From the NCBI GenBank assembly GCA_032161105.1, contig JAVHTD010000002.1: a stretch of 64,000 nt of DNA. The stretch is one strand, 5' to 3'. The notes beneath the pieces were generated by a model, which saw only the letters and a list, made by a program, of their open reading frames with translations, searched no databases and was not told the origin of the DNA. The translations under genes and the position numbers were made by a program. Each line of letters starts with the position of its first letter. Position 1 is the stretch's first letter. The DNA is from Candidatus Thermosaccharophagus tengchongensis (lineage in GTDB: Bacteria; Armatimonadota; Fervidibacteria; Fervidibacterales; Thermosaccharophagaceae). Of the stretch, positions 38,527 to 48,168 are shown piece after piece.

Positions 38527-40023
38527 TCATAACTTGCTTACAACCCACACCCTTTTCTGAGCGCGATGCCTGCGCTGCCACAGAAGGAGCAAATCACCAA
38601 TGAGCCACAGTAAAATGGCGATGGCAGGGCGATAGCCGAGTGACATTTTGAGAGTGGGACTCCAAGTCCATATGGTTCCAAAGAGCGCACATAGAAGCCC
38701 AACCACTCTCATCACAAAGGCGGTCCAGCTGATGGGTTGGTTCACCCTCTTTAACATTGAACGATGCACCCATAGGCGCTCCTTACGAACGCACATTGCC
38801 CTCCTGAGGATGGCAAACATTATCGCAGTGAATAGCACCCAACCGCATACAGCCCAAATGTCAAGAAAGCCGATGTAGAGGGTGAAAGCTGCCACCACCG
38901 TTTTGAACCTCTCAGTCAGCGTCTGTAGTTCGTAACTTTCCGGGCTCATCGGCAGATGCTCAAACCAAGTCATCGGCAGCGTCCTGCCGGAGCGCAGCGC
39001 TTCAATGGCATCGTTTGCATCTCGCATTTTGCCATGCAGGCATGTCGCTGTGAGGCTGTGCGCACCAAATTTGAAATCGTTGCTCGCTATAAGCGCGAAC
39101 CTGCCGTAAAAAGCCCGCCACAGCGGTATGTCATCGCTGATAATGCTCCTGTTGATGACCTCAAAGCCATCAACATGAAGCGCAAGCTCATCAATCCGAT
39201 GACAAGCAGTCCAGGGATGGGCTACAATTACAGCGCCGCCAGCGGAGTGAACCTCGCTTATGACCCTCTCAAGTTCTTCGTCAGGGCTGTAATCTCGGTT
39301 GATGCCGAGCAGCAGCAAATGCGTTCCAGAATGCAATTCTTCCCCAACGATGACGATGGTCTTATAGCCTTTCGCCACGGCGTATTGTTGCGCATCAATG
39401 CCACCCTTGATTGTGTTTGTGTCGGTTACGGCTATGACATCAAAGCCGCGCCTGCGATGCCACTCAACCACGCCGGCTGGGCTGAATAGACCGCTTGAGT
39501 AATAAGTGTGCGCGTGCAAGTTGGCGACAGCACAGTTGTGCCCAGTTGCTCTATAGCGCATTGTTGGCGCGTAAAAACTCAGCCAACACGCCCCTGTGAA
39601 CAACTGTGCGGAGAGCACCAGTGAGGCGATCAACTTGTGCAAGGTGTCACTGATGGTTTGCCCTCTGAGAAGGATTTGGGCAGAGATGGTGGTGATGGCA
39701 GAAAACAGCGCTGTGAGAATCGCAACGCATATTGTGTCGGCGGTGCCAGCAATGAAGGCGAGGGCAAGTAAAGGCTCGGCGATTAAGCGGGCAATTGCAT
39801 GTGGCTTAAGGGGCTCAACTTGAACATGTGAGCTCTGTTTTGCCACAACGACTTTCCACTCCGGGGAATATTCCAAGACGAAGTTGTAGGGGCGCTTCAA
39901 TGCGAATTGAAGCGACATGAGGATACCCACAATAACTGCCACGATGAGGAGCAACATAAGTCGGTGTGGTAGCTTCCTCTTGCCGAACTTGCCAGTTACT
40001 TTGATTGGTATAGGCTTGCTCAT
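38527..40023 (-). CDS. Membrane protein with a PHP-family phosphoesterase domain
   Basis: NLHAHTYYS, AVTD, GEE, AHP, EVIN and ASNDF motifs flanked by hydrophobic segments. Confidence 0.78.
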   Translation of the reverse strand: MSKPIPIKVTGKFGKRKLPHRLMLLLIVAVIVGILMSLQFALKRPYNFVLEYSPEWKVVVAKQSSHVQVEPLKPHAIARLIAEPLLALAFIAGTADTICVAILTALFSAITTISAQILLRGQTISDTLHKLIASLVLSAQLFTGACWLSFYAPTMRYRATGHNCAVANLHAHTYYSSGLFSPAGVVEWHRRRGFDVIAVTDTNTIKGGIDAQQYAVAKGYKTIVIVGEELHSGTHLLLLGINRDYSPDEELERVISEVHSAGGAVIVAHPWTACHRIDELALHVDGFEVINRSIISDDIPLWRAFYGRFALIASNDFKFGAHSLTATCLHGKMRDANDAIEALRSGRTLPMTWFEHLPMSPESYELQTLTERFKTVVAAFTLYIGFLDIWAVCGWVLFTAIMFAILRRAMCVRKERLWVHRSMLKRVNQPISWTAFVMRVVGLLCALFGTIWTWSPTLKMSLGYRPAIAILLWLIGDLLLLWQRRHRAQKRVWVVSKL

Positions 40024-40433
40024 GATGCCCTTTGCTCGTCCGTTTGGGCTTCCCTGAACCCGAGCAATTCACCCACGATCTCCACCAGTGCCCTTGGTCT
40101 AAAGGGCTTGGTGAGATAACGGCTTGCGCCAAGCTCCATGCCTTTCCTTCTGTCCTCTTCGCCCCTTTCGGATGTGAGTATGATGACCGGTATTGAACTC
40201 AGGCTTGGGTCACCCTTCATAAAACTGAGCAGTTGCAGCCCACTCATCTCCGGCATGTGTATGTCAATGATTGCAAGGTCAATCCTTTGCTGCCTAAGAA
40301 GTCGCAATGCCTCAAAACCATTTGATGCTTCAACCACCTCGCACCCCTCGAGCAGGCGGAGAGATGCATTCACAATTTTGCGAAGCGTTTCCGAATCATC
40401 AACGATGAGCACGCGCTTGTTCTGTGTTTTCAT
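40020..40433 (-). CDS. Single-domain response regulator (CheY-like)
   Basis: VLIVDDS, IDIHMPEMSG, ILTS and YLTKPF motifs. Confidence 0.92.
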   Translation of the reverse strand: MKTQNKRVLIVDDSETLRKIVNASLRLLEGCEVVEASNGFEALRLLRQQRIDLAIIDIHMPEMSGLQLLSFMKGDPSLSSIPVIILTSERGEEDRRKGMELGASRYLTKPFRPRALVEIVGELLGFREAQTDEQRAS

Positions 40434-40618
40434 AACGGTTTTGCCCCCCTCAGCGCAGTGCCCTTCCCCTCAATGTAGTTTATAGCGGATGCATCGCACA
40501 AAGCCAAATGCAGCTTGACATGCGCGCCATGCGGCTGCGCTGCTCCACCTGCAAGGGTGACACTTACGGCATATCAGCCAATGGTAGCTTTATAGCGTGG
40601 CTTCACGACCGCCCTCCC

Positions 40619-41731
40619 TCAGCAGGTGCTCAAAGCCGCCTCATATGCCTGCATTGTCAACTCTGCCGTCCTTTCCCAAGTGTAAGTGTTTGCGACCTCA
40701 AGTCCAGCCCTTACCAACCTATGCGATAGTTCATCATCCGTTAGCACCCTCTCAATCGCCTCAGCGACTTCTCTCCAATCGTTTGGGTTAACCAACAAAG
40801 CGGCGTTGCGTGCAAATTCATTTACAGCTGGCGCGTCGCCAGCCACTACTGGTGTGCCGCATGCCATTGCCTCAAGAACGGGCAACCCAAAACCTTCGTA
40901 GCGCGATGGGAAGGCAAAAACATCGGCTGCGCTGTATAGGATGGAAAGCATTTCATCCGACACATACCCGGTGAAGACCAATCTGTTAGCAGCCTCACCG
41001 GCGACCTTCATGAGCAGCTGCTTCATGTATTCACTTGAAGCCCCGGTTAGCACAAGCCAGTCAACTGGCGCACCGTTTTGAATCAGCCTTCGGAAGGCGC
41101 GAGCGAGCACATGCGCGTTTTTCCTCGGTCGGAAGAAATTGACTGTGAGGATGAATCGCCCTCGTATGCCGAGCAACCGATATAGCTCCATCTTAGCGGC
41201 TGCTTTTTCCATCGGCTTGAGGTGCGCCGAAACACCATATGGCGTCACGAATACCTTTTTCGGGTTCACCTTAAACAGCCTTACGACATCTCTTTTCGCG
41301 CTGTTTGATGGGACGAGCACAACCCTTGAGCGATGCAATGAGACGAAGCTTAGCGCATTGGTTATGATGCGTGTCTTCACACTTGATGGCTCAATGAACA
41401 TTGCTGATATGGCATCATGCATCGTCACCGCTGTCGGGCATGTGCACAGTGGCGGGACAATATACTCCGCATGGAAGAGTTCAATGCCATCTCGCCTCGC
41501 TGCAGCGGTGACTTGGAACAGCGTCCACCACCACCCGGATGGCGCGCGCAGCGGCACCCACTTTGCCCTGTCTGGTAATGGCATCAGGTCTGCAACATCG
41601 CATGGATGGTAATAGAGCATTGCTTCATAGTTGGTGAATTGCTTTGCGAGTTCGCTCACGAGATTGAGCATGTAAGTTCTCATCCCTGTCCAACGCATTG
41701 CTGCCGGGCGTGCATCGTATCCGATGCGCAC
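40619..41731 (-). CDS. Glycosyltransferase family 4
   Basis: MRIGYDAR start; PRKN and FPSRYEGFGLPVLEAMACG motifs. Confidence 0.92.
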   Translation of the reverse strand: MRIGYDARPAAMRWTGMRTYMLNLVSELAKQFTNYEAMLYYHPCDVADLMPLPDRAKWVPLRAPSGWWWTLFQVTAAARRDGIELFHAEYIVPPLCTCPTAVTMHDAISAMFIEPSSVKTRIITNALSFVSLHRSRVVLVPSNSAKRDVVRLFKVNPKKVFVTPYGVSAHLKPMEKAAAKMELYRLLGIRGRFILTVNFFRPRKNAHVLARAFRRLIQNGAPVDWLVLTGASSEYMKQLLMKVAGEAANRLVFTGYVSDEMLSILYSAADVFAFPSRYEGFGLPVLEAMACGTPVVAGDAPAVNEFARNAALLVNPNDWREVAEAIERVLTDDELSHRLVRAGLEVANTYTWERTAELTMQAYEAALSTC

Positions 41732-41743
41732 GGTAATTTCACC

Positions 41744-42913
41744 TCATGCGCTTGCATCCGCTGCTGCTTCCCCAAATGCGTTTAATGTGAGCATTGCCGT
41801 CTGCTCCCATGAGAACTGCGAAGCCCTTTCCAATCCCTTTCGGCTTAGCTCGGTGCGCAGGTCGCAATCGGTGAGCAACTGCATTAAAGCTTTAGCCCAG
41901 CCATCCACATCATTCGGATCAACCATCAATGCGGCGCCTTCGGCTATCTCCGGCAATGCGGGTGCATTGCTGCATATAACAGGTGTGCCACAAGCCATAG
42001 CTTCAATGACTGGCAATCCGAAGCCCTCGGCAAGCGATGGATAGACCAACGCCTCAGCGCCGCAAATCATCGCCGGAAGGTCATCATCGGGGACATAACC
42101 AATGTGTATGACTTCCCTATCAAGTCCGAGGCGCCCAATTTCACCGATTGTATCTTCGCCATACCATCCGACATCACCAACAAGGACAAGTTTGTGCGGT
42201 AGCAAGCCCTTGAGCGCAGCGAATGCCTTTAACAGCGTGGGCAAGTTCTTTCGTGGCTCTATCACCCCGACATATATGACAAATTGTTTTGGCAACCCAT
42301 ACTTGCGAAGCACATGCTCAATCTTCTCCCTTGGCTGTGGCTTAAAATGTTCAGCCGGCGCGAGTGGCGTGACGACAATCTTTTCCCTCGCGAAGCCAAA
42401 CAAGTTTGCCAGTTGTTCCTTAACGGCATTTGAGAATGTGAGCAGTCGCTTTGCCCTCCTTGCCCAAAGCATCGTGATTCGGGTGGCATCAATCGTTGAT
42501 GGTAAGTGGCAGTGAGGATGGGTGAGTGGAGTTAGGTCAAAGATGGTGAGCACAAGTGAGCCGCGCAGATATGGCAGGAATGGGTAGAATGGCGAGAAGT
42601 AAACATCGGGTTTGCCGAAGAGGGCATCGCCGATTGGCATCTTGTTAAACCGCAGGAACAAGAGCCGCAATTTGCGGTTGTGAAAGAGCCTCGTCGGGAA
42701 GGGAGTGATGTTTATCTTGACGCGCCCGCTTGCCGAATCGGGTATGGGAACACCCTTCGCATCCAACGGGCGCTTCAACATGCATCCGTGCCAGATGGTG
42801 TAATGGTTACATGAGTCTATGCTTAACAGCTTCCGAAGAAGCTCCCTAACATATATACCAGAGCCCGCCGGTCGCCTAAACACCTCAATGGGCGCGTAAA
42901 AAAGGATTTTCAT
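41744..42913 (-). CDS. Glycosyltransferase family 4
   Basis: IEPRKN and YPSLAEGFGLPVIEAMACG motifs; start set at MKILFY. Confidence 0.92.
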   Translation of the reverse strand: MKILFYAPIEVFRRPAGSGIYVRELLRKLLSIDSCNHYTIWHGCMLKRPLDAKGVPIPDSASGRVKINITPFPTRLFHNRKLRLLFLRFNKMPIGDALFGKPDVYFSPFYPFLPYLRGSLVLTIFDLTPLTHPHCHLPSTIDATRITMLWARRAKRLLTFSNAVKEQLANLFGFAREKIVVTPLAPAEHFKPQPREKIEHVLRKYGLPKQFVIYVGVIEPRKNLPTLLKAFAALKGLLPHKLVLVGDVGWYGEDTIGEIGRLGLDREVIHIGYVPDDDLPAMICGAEALVYPSLAEGFGLPVIEAMACGTPVICSNAPALPEIAEGAALMVDPNDVDGWAKALMQLLTDCDLRTELSRKGLERASQFSWEQTAMLTLNAFGEAAADASA

Positions 42914-43085
42914 CGCAGGTTCACATTCACCTGATGGGGTTTCAAAGATGCCAATTGCCAATTTTGGCACGCCGACATGAGGTGGCACATGGGATGTGTT
43001 TTTTGATATGGTGGTGAGGCAAAATGGGGATCGTGCACTCGCTGCAGCGGTTGGGCAGGCTAATGCTTGTCTTGAATCCCGCTGC

Positions 43086-43820
43086 ATGTCTGATATTGCT
43101 TACGGAGGGCAAAGGAAGAGCAAGGGCATACCTGTCGCACATTTGGTGGGCATTCATCAATGCAAGTTATTACCGGCTTTCGCCACTTTTCCGTTGCTCC
43201 TCCCGAGGGCAAGGGTTGAGGAGATCTTTGAGGGGATTGATATAAGCCATATTGAGATGCTTTACCCCATGCCCCGTCCCGGTGGCGTTAGCGTTGAGGA
43301 ACTCATTATCATATGTGCCATTGTGCGGATGCTCAATCCGAAACTCATCGTTGAGATAGGGACATGTGAGGGCAGGACGGCATTGAATATGGCATATCAC
43401 TCACCGGAAGATGCGCAGTTGATCACACTTGACTTGCCTCCCGATTTGCTGCCGCAGAGTCCGGAAAGGACAGTTGAGAGCGGGCCTGATTATCGTCAAA
43501 TGGGGATGCCAAGGCCGGGCACACTGTTTGAGAGCCATCCGCTCAAGCGCAAGATAAAACTTGTGCTTGCCGATTCAACGAAGTTTGATTGGACGCCATA
43601 TGATGGGTTGGTTGACTTGGTCTTCATTGATGGTGCGCACGATTTCGTTAGCGTCATGAAAGACAGCGAGAATGCCCTGCGCATTGTGAAAAGTGGCGGG
43701 GTCATCTTATGGCACGATTATGGTGTTGTGGAGGGAGTTACGGCGGCTTTGAATGGGCTCGGAAAGCGCTACCCGATAAAGCACATAAGCGGGACAAGCA
43801 TAGCATGCCTGCGAACTTAG
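43086..43820 (+). CDS. Class I SAM-dependent methyltransferase (Methyltransf_24-like)
   Basis: VEIGTCEG, DLVFIDGAH and GGVILWHDY motifs. Confidence 0.88.
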   Translation: MSDIAYGGQRKSKGIPVAHLVGIHQCKLLPAFATFPLLLPRARVEEIFEGIDISHIEMLYPMPRPGGVSVEELIIICAIVRMLNPKLIVEIGTCEGRTALNMAYHSPEDAQLITLDLPPDLLPQSPERTVESGPDYRQMGMPRPGTLFESHPLKRKIKLVLADSTKFDWTPYDGLVDLVFIDGAHDFVSVMKDSENALRIVKSGGVILWHDYGVVEGVTAALNGLGKRYPIKHISGTSIACLRT

Positions 43821-43833
43821 GAGTGACAAGCCG

Positions 43834-44934
43834 ATGGCGCGCATAGCAGTTGATGCACGCCCATTGGTGAAGGGTGGGCGCACCGGCGTTGAAAATGTGA
43901 GCCATCAATTCTTGAATCTCATCCTGCGCGCCCGATTGGAGCACCAATGGTATTTCTACTTCGCCGAACCACCATCAATTGACCTTCCGCCGGAGATACG
44001 CTGGCGGAGTTATCGCGGCAAAGGATGGCTTCGCTTAGTCGTCCCGATTTGGTTGCTTGTTGATCGCATTCAGCTTGTTCACTTCGGAATAGCGTATGTG
44101 CCGCCACTCGCAAGGTTCACGCCATCAAAGGTTGCAGTCACAGCATGCGATGTTATGTGGCTCGATGACATCAGCATCATTGACCCGCCGAGCCGTAAAT
44201 TCATCCTTAAGGGCGTTCTACCGTCGCTCAAATATCGTTCCGATCATTTGATTGCGATATCCAAAGCCACAAAGTCAGACCTGATTTGCAAGCTCGGTGT
44301 GCCAAGTGAAAGGGTGAGCCTCGTTTATCCTTATGTGCCGGAAAGGTTTAAGCCGATCCAAAACGCAGGCGATGCCGTAAGGCAACTTTATGGGATTGAT
44401 GGGCACTTCTTCCTCTTCGTGGGTGTCGCCAAGCCGAACAAAAACATTGGGAGGTTGTTGGATGCGTTTTCGCTTGTGCGCGCGTCGCATCCGGATACTA
44501 AGTTGGTCATTGCCGGGTTCGTCATGCCGTTTTGGGAAGAGACGCAGCGCATACTGCGCGGCGAGCCGAATGTAATTTGGTTGCGCTATGTCCCTGATGA
44601 TCATCTTCCGCTGCTCTACAGCGCTTGCGTCGCTTTTGTTTCCCCGGCATTAAACGAGGGCTTCGGGTTGCCGCTTCTTGAGGCAATGGCATGTGGTGCG
44701 CCAGTCATAGCGGGCAATGCCGGAGCACAACCCGAAGTTGTTGGTGATGCCGGACTGCTTGTAGACCCGTTTGATGTTGATGGCATTGCGGATGCCATGA
44801 AAGCCATACTCGGTGATGCATCACTGCGCTCCAGAATGTCGGCGGGCTCAATTGAGCGTTCTCGCATGTTTAATGCGGAGCGCTCATTGGAGCAATTGTT
44901 GCTCGCATATGAGCGAGCATTGGGCAAGGGTTGA
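43834..44934 (+). CDS. Glycosyltransferase family 4
   Basis: RIAVDAR, PNKN and EGFGLPLLEAMACG motifs. Confidence 0.92.
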   Translation: MARIAVDARPLVKGGRTGVENVSHQFLNLILRARLEHQWYFYFAEPPSIDLPPEIRWRSYRGKGWLRLVVPIWLLVDRIQLVHFGIAYVPPLARFTPSKVAVTACDVMWLDDISIIDPPSRKFILKGVLPSLKYRSDHLIAISKATKSDLICKLGVPSERVSLVYPYVPERFKPIQNAGDAVRQLYGIDGHFFLFVGVAKPNKNIGRLLDAFSLVRASHPDTKLVIAGFVMPFWEETQRILRGEPNVIWLRYVPDDHLPLLYSACVAFVSPALNEGFGLPLLEAMACGAPVIAGNAGAQPEVVGDAGLLVDPFDVDGIADAMKAILGDASLRSRMSAGSIERSRMFNAERSLEQLLLAYERALGKG

Positions 44935-45071
44935 GTGTGTCCTCACATCGTTTTAGCTTCGCTCAACGGCTCGCGTCATGCTGCAATATCGGTAAGTGGC
45001 TTTTGAATGGGAGCGCTCTCTGGCTGTAGCGATTGCCCACAGTTCATCCCGATGCGTGGAGGTGCACAAGT

Positions 45072-46490
45072 ATGCCCGCCACTCCATCTGAAGTGATAGC
45101 CATGGCTAAGGAGGAGAATGTGCAAGTGATTGATTTGCGCTTTACCGATTTGTTCGGCACATGGCAGCACTTCAGCTTGTCCATGCGCGAGTTCTCGGAG
45201 GAGGTCTTTGAAAGCGGCATCGGATTTGATGGCTCATCAATACGCGGGTTCCAAGAGATACATGAGAGCGACATGGTGCTCATCCCGGATCCGCAAACAG
45301 CGTTCATTGACCCATTCTTTGATGTTCCAACGATGGTGCTCATATGCGATGTTGTTGACCCAGTGACGCGTGAACGCTACCCAAGGGATCCGAGATACAT
45401 CGCCCAGAAGGCTGAGCGTTACTTGATAAGCACGGGGATCGCTGACACAAGCTACTGGGGTCCGGAAGCCGAGTTCTTCATCTTCAACGATGTCCGTTAT
45501 GACAGCGCATCAAACTATTGCTATTACTTCGTGGATTCGCTGGAGGGCATATGGAACTCCGGGAGGGAGGAAAACCCAAACCTCGCTCACAAGTTGCGCC
45601 ATAAAGAGGGATACTTCCCAGTGCCGCCGTCGGACACACTCCAAGATATTCGTTCGGAGATAATGCTCACGCTTGAGCGCGTAGGAATACAGTGCGAGGT
45701 TCACCATCACGAAGTGGCAACTGGTGGGCAAGGAGAGGTTGACCTTCGCTATGATACGCTTGTTCGCATGGCTGACAAAGTTTTGGTGCTCAAGTATGTC
45801 GTGAAGATGGTCGCAAAGAAGCACGGTATGACAGCCACATTTATGCCAAAGCCGTTATTTGGCGACAATGGCTCGGGAATGCATACCCATCAGAGCTTGT
45901 GGCTTCGCGGCACAAACTTGTTTTATGATGAAAGGGGCTATGCGCAGCTAAGCACGATTGCGCGCTATTACATCGGTGGATTGATGAAGCACGCTCCGGC
46001 GCTACTCGCATTTTGTGCTCCAACGGTCAACTCTTATAGGCGGCTTGTGCCGGGTTATGAAGCGCCTGTCAGATTGGCATACTCTCAGAGGAACAGGAGC
46101 GCATGCATTCGCATCCCAGTCTACTCACGAGACCCGAAGGCGAAGCGTATTGAGTTCCGACCGCCAGACCCAAGCTGCAATCCGTATCTTGCATTTGCAG
46201 CCATGCTCATGGCTGGCATTGATGGCATCTTAAACCGCATAGACCCGGGTGAGCCAGTGGACAAAAACATTTACGACCTCCCACCCGAGGAGGCAAAGGC
46301 GATTCCAGTGTTGCCATCCTCACTTGAAGAGGTGTTGGAGCATTTGGAAGCCGACCACACATTCCTGCTGCGTGGGGATGTGTTCACCGAGGATGTGATA
46401 CGGGTTTGGATTGAGTGCAAACGAAGGGAGATTGACGCCCTGCGCATACGCCCGCACCCGTATGAGTTTTACCTTTACTACGACGCATAA
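45072..46490 (+). CDS. glnA: Glutamine synthetase type I
   Basis: [37 protein letters not shown] and NRSACIRIP motifs. Confidence 0.98.
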   Translation: MPATPSEVIAMAKEENVQVIDLRFTDLFGTWQHFSLSMREFSEEVFESGIGFDGSSIRGFQEIHESDMVLIPDPQTAFIDPFFDVPTMVLICDVVDPVTRERYPRDPRYIAQKAERYLISTGIADTSYWGPEAEFFIFNDVRYDSASNYCYYFVDSLEGIWNSGREENPNLAHKLRHKEGYFPVPPSDTLQDIRSEIMLTLERVGIQCEVHHHEVATGGQGEVDLRYDTLVRMADKVLVLKYVVKMVAKKHGMTATFMPKPLFGDNGSGMHTHQSLWLRGTNLFYDERGYAQLSTIARYYIGGLMKHAPALLAFCAPTVNSYRRLVPGYEAPVRLAYSQRNRSACIRIPVYSRDPKAKRIEFRPPDPSCNPYLAFAAMLMAGIDGILNRIDPGEPVDKNIYDLPPEEAKAIPVLPSSLEEVLEHLEADHTFLLRGDVFTEDVIRVWIECKRREIDALRIRPHPYEFYLYYDA

Positions 46491-46684
46491 GGTTCGGTTG
46501 GCGCATTGCACATGCTATTGGTGAGTTCTGTGAATGTGGGTTTGGATGTCAATGTGAGCCGAGTGAGAGCGCTTAAAGCGCTAAAGCGATACCGCAGCAT
46601 GAGCAATACTGAATGTGTAGGTTGACGGTGCCCGAGAATGATGTGAGCAGCTTAACACTCTCAAGTGGAAGGGGGTAGGAGGAT

Positions 46685-47731
46685 ATGCCTCACATGAAGG
46701 CGGCGGTGTTGCATGGCATCAATGACATTCGGATTGAGGAAGTTGAGATGCCGAATATCAAAAACGACGACGATGTGCTTATACGCATAAGGGCTGTCGG
46801 GATTTGCGGTTCGGATATCCATTACTACCGGGAGGGACGCATAGGCAGGTTCGTCGTGACGAAGCCGCACATATTGGGACATGAGTGCAGCGGCGAAGTT
46901 GTGGAAGTTGGGAAGGCTATCAAGCACTTGAAGCCGGGTGATAGGGTGGCCATTGAACCCGGTGTTGGATGCCGCAAGTGCAAGTATTGCCATGAGGGGC
47001 GATACAACCTTTGCCCCGACGAGACTTTTATGGGGACACCACCGACGAATGGTGCATTCACTGAGTATGTTGTATGGTCTGGCGACTTCGTCTACAAACT
47101 TCCCGACGAAATCCCATACGAGGCTGGTGCGCTTTGCGAACCGCTCGCTGTGGCTCTCCATGCAATCAACATGTCGGATATGAAGCCTGCGGCAACTGTG
47201 GCTGTGCTCGGCTGTGGACCAATTGGGTTGGCTCTGATTCAGGCTGCGTTGGCAAGCGGCGCTTCGGATGTCATAGCGACGGACATATACCCGTTGAGGT
47301 TGGCTAAGGCTAAAGAGCTTGGTGCAAGTCATGTGTTTAATGCCAATGAGGTGGACGCAGTTGAGGCGATACTTGATGTCACAGGCGGTGCTGGCGTTGA
47401 TGTTGTGTTTGAGGCTGCCGGATCAGTCGTGACTCAAAGGCAATCATTTTCAGTGGTTAAGAGCGGCGGTGTGATCGTGCTTGTGGGAATGACCGCAGAG
47501 GCGACAACCGAAGTCCCGCTGCTTGACTTGATCACGCGTGAATATCAGGTGCGCGGGATATTGCGCTATGCAAACAGCTATCCACAGGCGGTAGCGTTCA
47601 CAATCCTTGGAAGGGTCAATTTGCTCCCGATGGTCACTCACCGCTTCCCACTGGATAAGGCGGTTGAAGCGCTTGAGCTTTCGGACATGCGTAAGGACGA
47701 GTCAATCAAAGTTATGATCACGATGGATTGA
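46685..47731 (+). CDS. Zn-dependent polyol (sorbitol/xylitol-like) dehydrogenase
   Basis: GICGSDIHY, LGHE, C-x2-C-x2-C-x7-C and GCGPIG motifs. Confidence 0.9.
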   Translation: MPHMKAAVLHGINDIRIEEVEMPNIKNDDDVLIRIRAVGICGSDIHYYREGRIGRFVVTKPHILGHECSGEVVEVGKAIKHLKPGDRVAIEPGVGCRKCKYCHEGRYNLCPDETFMGTPPTNGAFTEYVVWSGDFVYKLPDEIPYEAGALCEPLAVALHAINMSDMKPAATVAVLGCGPIGLALIQAALASGASDVIATDIYPLRLAKAKELGASHVFNANEVDAVEAILDVTGGAGVDVVFEAAGSVVTQRQSFSVVKSGGVIVLVGMTAEATTEVPLLDLITREYQVRGILRYANSYPQAVAFTILGRVNLLPMVTHRFPLDKAVEALELSDMRKDESIKVMITMD

Positions 47732-47801
47732 GGCAGTGATGCCGTGCCTCTTCGTTAACGCGTCACTGTGACTCACAGCGGTCTCATTTGATGGGCGAAC
47801 G

Positions 47802-48101
47802 ATGACGGAGTTTAGATTGAAGGACAAATTCTATGTTGAGACGCTTGCAAGAGCTGTTGATGAGGTGCGCTTTGAGAGGCGTTGGAGGCTGCGCATAAGC
47901 ATCGGCAAGGATGGGTGCGCAGTCAAATTGCACCGTTTCATCTTTCCCGTCACCATTCTCTCCGTCAATCATGATGTGGTCAGGATATTTAGGCGTGAGG
48001 GGTGGGTTGTGTGGGAGGCGTATCAAAAGCGAGCGTTGGCGCAGGAGCCATTGCGCAGGCTGATTGATGAGTTGCGATTTTGGGACCTGCTCATGAGGTA
48101 A
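47802..48101 (+). CDS. Small hypothetical protein
   Basis: 99-aa ORF filling the gap between co-oriented genes; protein-like composition; no family recognised. Confidence 0.5.
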   Translation: MTEFRLKDKFYVETLARAVDEVRFERRWRLRISIGKDGCAVKLHRFIFPVTILSVNHDVVRIFRREGWVVWEAYQKRALAQEPLRRLIDELRFWDLLMR

Positions 48102-48168
48102 TCCTGCTGAGTGGTAGTTTGTTGGGTTTGTTTGCATCGGTAAAGCGGTGTGTGGCGGGTGAGATTCA

